Assembly (NCBI GenBank): GCA_947458565.1
Contig: CANGZK010000001.1
Location: forward strand, 1 to 30,792
DNA length: 30,792 nt
Source of the DNA: Acidimicrobiaceae bacterium
Lineage (GTDB): Bacteria > Actinomycetota > Acidimicrobiia > Acidimicrobiales > Ilumatobacteraceae
Reading direction: 5' to 3'
Below the pieces are notes generated by a model, which was not told where the DNA came from, did not search any database, and was given only the letters and a program-made list of their open reading frames with translations. The stretch's first letter is position 1; the number at the start of each line of letters is the position of its first letter. The position numbers and the translations under genes were made by a program. Below are positions 25,207-30,792 of this stretch, in pieces.

Positions 25207-26666
25207 TGATGAAGGCGACGACGAACACAGTCGCGCCTGTAGCGCTAGGCAAACTTCTCGAAAAAACGTACGCAGGAAATTTGCCAGGTGTGATGTATGC
25301 CTCGCTTGGTGCACTCGATGTAATGATCGGCGACATCACTCATGATTCGACGAGGGTGAGTCGCGGTGCATTGTTCTGTTGCGTAGTGGGCGAAAGTACG
25401 GATGGACATGATTTTGCGCAAGATGCGCTGAGTGCGGGAGCATCTGCGCTGTTGGTCGAGCGAGGACTTCCTTTCGAATGTGCTCAGATCGTTGTAAGTG
25501 ATACTCGCCGAGCGATGGGTGAAATCGCTAGTGCTTTCTATGACCATCCAAGCCAAAAGATGCGTGTTGTTGGTATCACGGGCACGAACGGTAAAACAAC
25601 AACCGCACATTTATTGGGTGCGATTTTTCGCCAGCTGGGTTCGAAAACCGAAGTGTTTGGAACGTTGTCTGGAGTGAGGACAACTCCTGAGTCTTGCGAT
25701 TTGCAACGAAGTTTGTGGCAAGCAGCCAATGCTGGAGTTGAAGCAGTCGTGATGGAAGTGACATCACATGCACTCGTATTGCAACGCATTGTTGGGACGC
25801 ATTTTGATGCGGTGGTTTTTCTTAATCTCTCTCCAGAGCACCTAGATTTTCATAAAACGCAAGAGCAGTACTTTGCGGCGAAAGCAAGTTTGTTCGACAT
25901 TCAGTACTCAAATTTTGGAATCATTAATCGTGACGATGTACACGGTCAATTGTTGTTGGATGCAACAGAGATCAAAACTGTGAGCTTTGGGTTGGATGAT
26001 GTTAAAAACATTGAAGTCACTGCGAGCAGCCACTCATATGTTTGGCTAAAAAAGACAGTGCACGTTCCTGTTGGCGGAAAATTTAACGTTTCAAATTCGC
26101 TTGCTGCCGCCACTGTGGCAGCCAGTCTTGGGGTCGACACCGTCGACATAGTTTCCGGATTGGCTGCTGCAGGAACGGTTGCCGGCAGATTTCAATCAAT
26201 CTCAGACCTTGCAGCATTTGATGTGATTGTGGACTACGCGCATACTCCTGATGCACTGCAACGAGTACTTGAGACCACCCGAGAAATAATTACACCGGGT
26301 GGGAAAATCATTTTGGTGTTCGGTTGTGGTGGCGATCGGGATAAGTCGAAGCGTCCACAGATGGGGGAAATTGCATCAACGGGAGCAGATTGTGTGATCG
26401 TGACGTCAGATAATCCTCGCTCGGAAGAGCCGATGGATATTGCACATGAAATTGTTTCCGGCATAGAGGACGCCAATCGCAGAGCAACAGTAAGTGTCGA
26501 ACTGGATCGGCGATCTGCAATAGAATTGGCATTAGTGACAGCCAGAAAAGGTGATGTTGTGATCATTGCTGGCAAGGGTCATGAAAATACCCAAACCATT
26601 GGCAATCAGGTTCTGCCATTCAATGATGCTCAAGTTGCAACTGAATTGATAGGTGAGCTCTTATGA
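25206..26666 (+). CDS. murE: UDP-N-acetylmuramoyl-tripeptide synthetase MurE (DAP-adding type)
   Basis: GITGTNGKTT, HLDFH, VDYAHTPDAL, FGCGGDRD, DNPRSE (DAP-specific motif) and AGKGHE. ATG 25206 overlaps the ftsI TAA. Confidence 0.96.
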   Translation: MMKATTNTVAPVALGKLLEKTYAGNLPGVMYASLGALDVMIGDITHDSTRVSRGALFCCVVGESTDGHDFAQDALSAGASALLVERGLPFECAQIVVSDTRRAMGEIASAFYDHPSQKMRVVGITGTNGKTTTAHLLGAIFRQLGSKTEVFGTLSGVRTTPESCDLQRSLWQAANAGVEAVVMEVTSHALVLQRIVGTHFDAVVFLNLSPEHLDFHKTQEQYFAAKASLFDIQYSNFGIINRDDVHGQLLLDATEIKTVSFGLDDVKNIEVTASSHSYVWLKKTVHVPVGGKFNVSNSLAAATVAASLGVDTVDIVSGLAAAGTVAGRFQSISDLAAFDVIVDYAHTPDALQRVLETTREIITPGGKIILVFGCGGDRDKSKRPQMGEIASTGADCVIVTSDNPRSEEPMDIAHEIVSGIEDANRRATVSVELDRRSAIELALVTARKGDVVIIAGKGHENTQTIGNQVLPFNDAQVATELIGELL

Positions 26667-27712
26667 TTCCAATTTTTATTGCAGGTTCAATCGGCATGAT
26701 CTTGTCGCTCATTGGTACCCGTCTGTTGATGGTGTTCTTTACACGGCTTGGCAAAGGCCAGCCAATACTCGGAGCAGAAGATCATGGCCCTGCTCATCAA
26801 ATGGGCAAGCAGGGAACCCCCACAATGGGAGGCATTGCCATTCTGGTTGCTGGTGCAATTGGATGGACGGTTGCCCATGTGCGTGCCGGTCTTCCGTTTT
26901 CTGACCAAGCAGCGATTATTTGGATCACGGTTTTGGTACTCGGAATCATCGGCTTTCTTGATGACTACTTGAAAGTTCGCCGTCAGCACAACCGCGGAAT
27001 TTTCTGGAAGAAAAAGGGTTGGATCACCTTTGGTATCACGCTGTTGTTGCTGTGGCTGCTGTCGAGCACAACCGGTGTTGTCGAAACTATTTCGTTTACG
27101 CGAGCCACAAGTCCAGGGTGGGATATTTCTGGACCAATTTTTATTGTCTGGACTGCATTCATGGTGTGGAGTACTACTAACGCTGTCAACGTGACAGATG
27201 GTTTGGATGGTTTGGCTGCAGGTTCGGCGCTATTTGGATTCTTGGCTTTCACCGTGATCGCGTATTGGGCATTTCGTAATCCTCGTATATACGACATCGT
27301 GAATCCGCTCGACCTTGCTGTGTTGTCGGCATCTTTGGCGGGCGCGTGTGCAGGCTTCTTGTGGTGGAATGCTGCTCCGGCACGAATTTTTATGGGAGAC
27401 GTTGGTGCGCTCGGACTTGGCGCGGCACTGGGAATGCTTGCTGTCACGACCAATACTCATTTGCTCTTGCCGATCGTCTGCGGAATCAATGTTTTCGAAG
27501 CTGGTTCGGTTGCAGTGCAGATGGGCGTGTTTAAGGCGTCGGGTCGAAAGCGACGACTACTCAAGATGTCGCCGATCCATCATCATTTTGAATTGAGTGG
27601 GTGGCCAGAGACAACAGTAATTATTCGATTCTGGATTATCTCTGGAATTTGTGTTGCAACTGCTGTCGCACTTTTCATCGCAGATTTTACGCGTCAGGCT
27701 GGTCTTCGTTGA
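26663..27712 (+). CDS. mraY: Phospho-N-acetylmuramoyl-pentapeptide transferase MraY
   Basis: GTPTMGG, DDYLK, NAVNVTDGLDGL, IFMGDVG and PIHHHFEL motifs; ATGA overlap with murE. Confidence 0.97.
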   Translation: MIPIFIAGSIGMILSLIGTRLLMVFFTRLGKGQPILGAEDHGPAHQMGKQGTPTMGGIAILVAGAIGWTVAHVRAGLPFSDQAAIIWITVLVLGIIGFLDDYLKVRRQHNRGIFWKKKGWITFGITLLLLWLLSSTTGVVETISFTRATSPGWDISGPIFIVWTAFMVWSTTNAVNVTDGLDGLAAGSALFGFLAFTVIAYWAFRNPRIYDIVNPLDLAVLSASLAGACAGFLWWNAAPARIFMGDVGALGLGAALGMLAVTTNTHLLLPIVCGINVFEAGSVAVQMGVFKASGRKRRLLKMSPIHHHFELSGWPETTVIIRFWIISGICVATAVALFIADFTRQAGLR

Positions 27713-29067
27713 GCGCCAAGCAAACAACTTTGGTGTTTGGTCTTGGTGTGGCAGGGATGGCAGTCGCGAACGCTCTTCATCAGAGGGGGGAGAGTGTGAT
27801 TCTCGGTGATGATCAGGCTACGAAACAACACAATGAGTTTGCTCTCAGTTTGAACTGCGAATTTGTCGACACAACGAACGAGACAGCAGTGCTGGATGTT
27901 ATGAAACGTATTGGTCGTCTCGCCCCTGCACCCGGAATTTCCGAAAGCCATCCTGTGGTGTCTGCTGCCAGACAGATGGGTTTGCCTATTTCTTCTGAAA
28001 TTGAGCTGGCCTACAACTTCGAAGAAAAACGTGCAGGTGGACCGCGTCCAATGCTCGGCATCACTGGAACCGATGGCAAGACAACAACAACGCTGATGAC
28101 TGCTGCGATGTTGCAAGCAGCTGGTCACAAGAGCATGGCTGTAGGCAATACCGAAACGCCATTAATCGCTGCACTCGACACCGACACCCAAGTTTTTGCT
28201 ATTGAGTGCTCGAGTTTTCGATTGGCGAACTGTGAAAACTTCCGCACTCGTGCTTCGGTGTGGCTCAATCTCGCACCAGACCATCTCGACTGGCACACCA
28301 GTATGGAAAGTTACGCAGAGGCAAAGGCTCAATTGTGGGCACATACAAGAGCTGGGGATGTTGCAGTAGCGCCCATTGATGATGAGCTGATATTGCGAAT
28401 TGCGCAACAGAGCACCGCACGCACAGTCACGTTTGGGGCGATGAAGGGCGACTATCACGCGCAAGATGGATGCCTCAACACGCCACACGGATCGATCATG
28501 AAAATCTCGGACATGAAACGTGCGATGCCACACGACATCACCAACGCTCTCGCCGCCGCCGCGATCTCAATCGAGAGTGGTTTGGTTGAGCCGAGTCATG
28601 TTGCTCGAGCTCTTTCAGAGTTCGATAATGCTCCTCATCGAATTGAGTTTGTGGAAATGATCGAAGGAGTGAAGTGGTACAACGACTCGAAGGCCACAAG
28701 TCCTCATGCAGCTGCGGTTGCAATCAAGTCATTTCAAAATATTGTCCTGATTGCTGGAGGGCGCAATAAAGGTCTTGATTTGTCGGAGCTTGCTGGTCAA
28801 CCAGGGCATGTTAAAGCGGTGGTGGCAATTGGCGACGATGCTCAAGAAATTGAAAAAGCATTTGACGGTGTGTGTCGTGTGGTGCGCGGAGAATCAATGA
28901 AGGAAGCTGTTCGTCTTGCTCGCACACTTGCTGTCAGTGGGGACGTTGTGTTGCTATCACCTGCATGCACTAGCTACGACTGGTATAACAATTACATGGA
29001 ACGCGGCGAAGACTTCATGCAATGTGTGCACGATGAAGCAAAGTTAAAACCAAAACAAAGCAAATAA
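27709..29067 (+). CDS. murD: UDP-N-acetylmuramoyl-L-alanine:D-glutamate ligase MurD
   Basis: GLGVAG, GITGTDGKTTT, ECSSFRL, NLAPDHLDWH, HRIEFV, YNDSKAT and LLSPACTS motifs. TTG 27709 overlaps the mraY TGA. Confidence 0.96.
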   Translation: MSAKQTTLVFGLGVAGMAVANALHQRGESVILGDDQATKQHNEFALSLNCEFVDTTNETAVLDVMKRIGRLAPAPGISESHPVVSAARQMGLPISSEIELAYNFEEKRAGGPRPMLGITGTDGKTTTTLMTAAMLQAAGHKSMAVGNTETPLIAALDTDTQVFAIECSSFRLANCENFRTRASVWLNLAPDHLDWHTSMESYAEAKAQLWAHTRAGDVAVAPIDDELILRIAQQSTARTVTFGAMKGDYHAQDGCLNTPHGSIMKISDMKRAMPHDITNALAAAAISIESGLVEPSHVARALSEFDNAPHRIEFVEMIEGVKWYNDSKATSPHAAAVAIKSFQNIVLIAGGRNKGLDLSELAGQPGHVKAVVAIGDDAQEIEKAFDGVCRVVRGESMKEAVRLARTLAVSGDVVLLSPACTSYDWYNNYMERGEDFMQCVHDEAKLKPKQSK

Positions 29068-29091
29068 ACAAGACAAATAGACGAGGCACTT

Positions 29092-30279
29092 ATGGCAACG
29101 ATTTCTGCAGACAGTCAACTCACTCCGGCCGAGAGACGTCGTGCTGTATTGAACAAGAGTGGTAAGGCCCAAGCAAGCAGACTCGCAACTGATGTTCCGA
29201 GCAAGGTCTATTACGGCATTGTTGGTGTTATCACGGTGCTTGTTGTATTCGGACTCATCATGGTCTTGTCGTCTTCATCGATCGTGTCAATCAACAACGG
29301 TGGGTCGGCCTGGTACATGTTTCGTAAACAACTTGCCTGGTCGGTCTGTGGTTTCTTCGCCCTGCTTGTGACGTACCGAATGCCGTATCACATCTGGCAT
29401 AAATGGGTGAAGTATGTGCTCGGTGCCGGATTGGTTTTGATGGTGCTCCCGTTTTCTCCCATCGGTGTGACGATTAACGGTGCACGTGCATGGGCAGAAA
29501 TTGGGCCGGTGCGGTTTCAGCCATCCGAAATTTTGAAAGTTGCAGTGCTGTTGTATTGTGCGAGCGTTCTTGGTCGTCGTCGAAAAGAAATTGAAAATCT
29601 CCAGAGAACTTTTGTACCAATCGTGACGGTGTGGTTTCTGTCGGTTTCGTTGTGCATGATCCAAAAAGACTTTGGAGCTGCCATCGTTTTTACCTGCGTG
29701 ATTCTCTCAACCATGTTTGTTGCCGGTACGCCGCTGCGCCTTATTGGATCCATTGGTGCCCTCACGGTGTTGGGTTCTGTTGTTGCAATCTCGGCAAGTT
29801 CTCGAATGCAGCAACGCTTTCTATCTTTTCTTGATCTCCAAGAAAATAAAGGACACTCCGCTTATCAAGTTTGGCAGTCAATATTGAGTATTTCTAACGG
29901 TGGCATCACTGGCGTGGGTGCCGGTCGTGGCACTGGCAAGTGGGGATACGTGCCACTAGCTCATAGTGATTTTATTTTTGCAATTGTCGCCGAAGAATTT
30001 GGTCTTATCGGATCAACAATGGTGATCGGATTGTTTCTTGCACTTGCACTGCTTGGTGTTCAGGTTGCTCTCCGTGCACGAGATCCATTTGGAGCAGTGC
30101 TCGCGGGCGGCATCACAACTTGGTTGTGCATTCAAGCGACAATCAATATCGGTGGAGTAACTGGTGCACTTCCAGTCACAGGTTTGACCTTGCCGTTTAT
30201 TTCATACGGTGGAAGCTCGTTGTTTATGGTGATGGCAGCCTCTGGGCTTTTGCTCAACGTTGCGCGTAATATGAAGTAG
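29092..30279 (+). CDS. ftsW: SEDS peptidoglycan polymerase FtsW
   Basis: NGARAW, FQPSEILK, QKDFG, YQVWQS, PLAHSDFIFAIVAEEFG and PVTGLTLPFISYGGSS motifs. Confidence 0.96.
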   Translation: MATISADSQLTPAERRRAVLNKSGKAQASRLATDVPSKVYYGIVGVITVLVVFGLIMVLSSSSIVSINNGGSAWYMFRKQLAWSVCGFFALLVTYRMPYHIWHKWVKYVLGAGLVLMVLPFSPIGVTINGARAWAEIGPVRFQPSEILKVAVLLYCASVLGRRRKEIENLQRTFVPIVTVWFLSVSLCMIQKDFGAAIVFTCVILSTMFVAGTPLRLIGSIGALTVLGSVVAISASSRMQQRFLSFLDLQENKGHSAYQVWQSILSISNGGITGVGAGRGTGKWGYVPLAHSDFIFAIVAEEFGLIGSTMVIGLFLALALLGVQVALRARDPFGAVLAGGITTWLCIQATINIGGVTGALPVTGLTLPFISYGGSSLFMVMAASGLLLNVARNMK

Positions 30280-30283
30280 AGCC

Positions 30284-30792
30284 ATGGTTGCCCCTGCCCC
30301 TACGACATATGCCGTTATTACGGGGGGCGCGACAAGTGGGCACGTGGTGCCCGCGCTTGCGATTATTGAATTATTGGTAGAGGCCGGACACGCCCGAGAA
30401 ACTTTGGTGTACGTAGGTTCTGATCGAGGTATTGAGACAACACTTGTGCCGCAAACAGGTATCGCGTGCGTTTTTCTTGGTGTCGACGGACTTCAGCGTG
30501 GATTGAGCCTTGCCAAAATTAGGCGCAATCTGCGAATGTTGCCAACCATGATGCGTGCTACGCAATTAGCGACTCAAGTGTTGGTGCAGCACAGACCTCA
30601 GGTTGTGGTTTCGGTTGGTGGTTATGTGAGTGCGCCAATTTGTCGGGCGGCCCGCCATCTCAAGATCCCGGTTGTCACTTGTTCATACGACAGCAAACCA
30701 GGTCTCGCGACAAAAATGCAGGCCAGGTACGCATCCGCTGTTGCGGTTGCGCAGTTGCCGAGTGCATTGCGAAGAGCACAGCTCACAGGAGC
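30284..30792 (+). CDS. murG: MurG N-acetylglucosaminyltransferase, 5' part only (runs off the window)
   Basis: Hand translation MVAPAPTTYAVITGGATSGHVVPALAI...VVSVGGYVSAP...IPVV is open to the window end; lies directly after ftsW. Confidence 0.93.
   Translation, partial: MVAPAPTTYAVITGGATSGHVVPALAIIELLVEAGHARETLVYVGSDRGIETTLVPQTGIACVFLGVDGLQRGLSLAKIRRNLRMLPTMMRATQLATQVLVQHRPQVVVSVGGYVSAPICRAARHLKIPVVTCSYDSKPGLATKMQARYASAVAVAQLPSALRRAQLTG

Noticed and set aside
25206-26666. MurE-MurF fusion explaining the missing murF
   Set aside because: The protein is 486 aa with a single Mur ligase motif set.
1-30792. Numerous 60-270 aa alternative-frame and antisense ORFs (for example 10325..10885, 11567..12187, 17181..17999, 7438..8049), and the ORF-track 5' extensions of obgE, murE, murD, the ligase-like gene and the 95-aa hypothetical
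   Set aside because: They lie within or overlap well-supported genes and show no family motifs; they are shadow ORFs.
1-30792. tRNA, rRNA, CRISPR array, riboswitch or insertion sequence
   Set aside because: The few intergenic gaps are short and were read individually. None shows cloverleaf, repeat-spacer, known aptamer or transposase features.

Overview
Tightly packed core-genome segment with no mobile element, CRISPR array, tRNA or rRNA that I can support. Gene content, motif variants and a GC content that looks low for Actinomycetota (judged by eye) suggest a streamlined Acidimicrobiia, Ilumatobacteraceae/acIV-like genome; this taxonomy is inference. Gene order: 3' part of rne/rng, rplU-rpmA, an inverted dGTPase-like gene, obgE-proB, a convergent murJ, a CoxD-like MoxR ATPase / CoxE-like VWA / histidine phosphatase / GMC oxidoreductase block, a minus-strand operon (89-aa membrane protein, IMPase, OmpR-family regulator, sensor kinase, hidden 44-aa lipoprotein, glpK), dinB-DUF3040-ROK, acyl-CoA dehydrogenase / hypothetical / HNH / lipoate-ligase-like, then the dcw cluster (mraZ-rsmH-ftsL-ftsI-murE-mraY-murD-ftsW-murG partial, without murF). 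The best novel candidate is a 44-aa lipoprotein ORF (12293-12427, minus), below the ORF-track cut-off and translationally coupled to an MtrAB/AfsQ-like two-component system. It may be a minimal third component in the slot usually held by LpqB/GerMN-type lipoproteins. Also notable: a 26-bp RNA helix between mraZ and rsmH, absence of murF, a MurG lacking the HEQN motif, and overlapping opposite-strand -10 boxes between dinB and its divergent neighbour.
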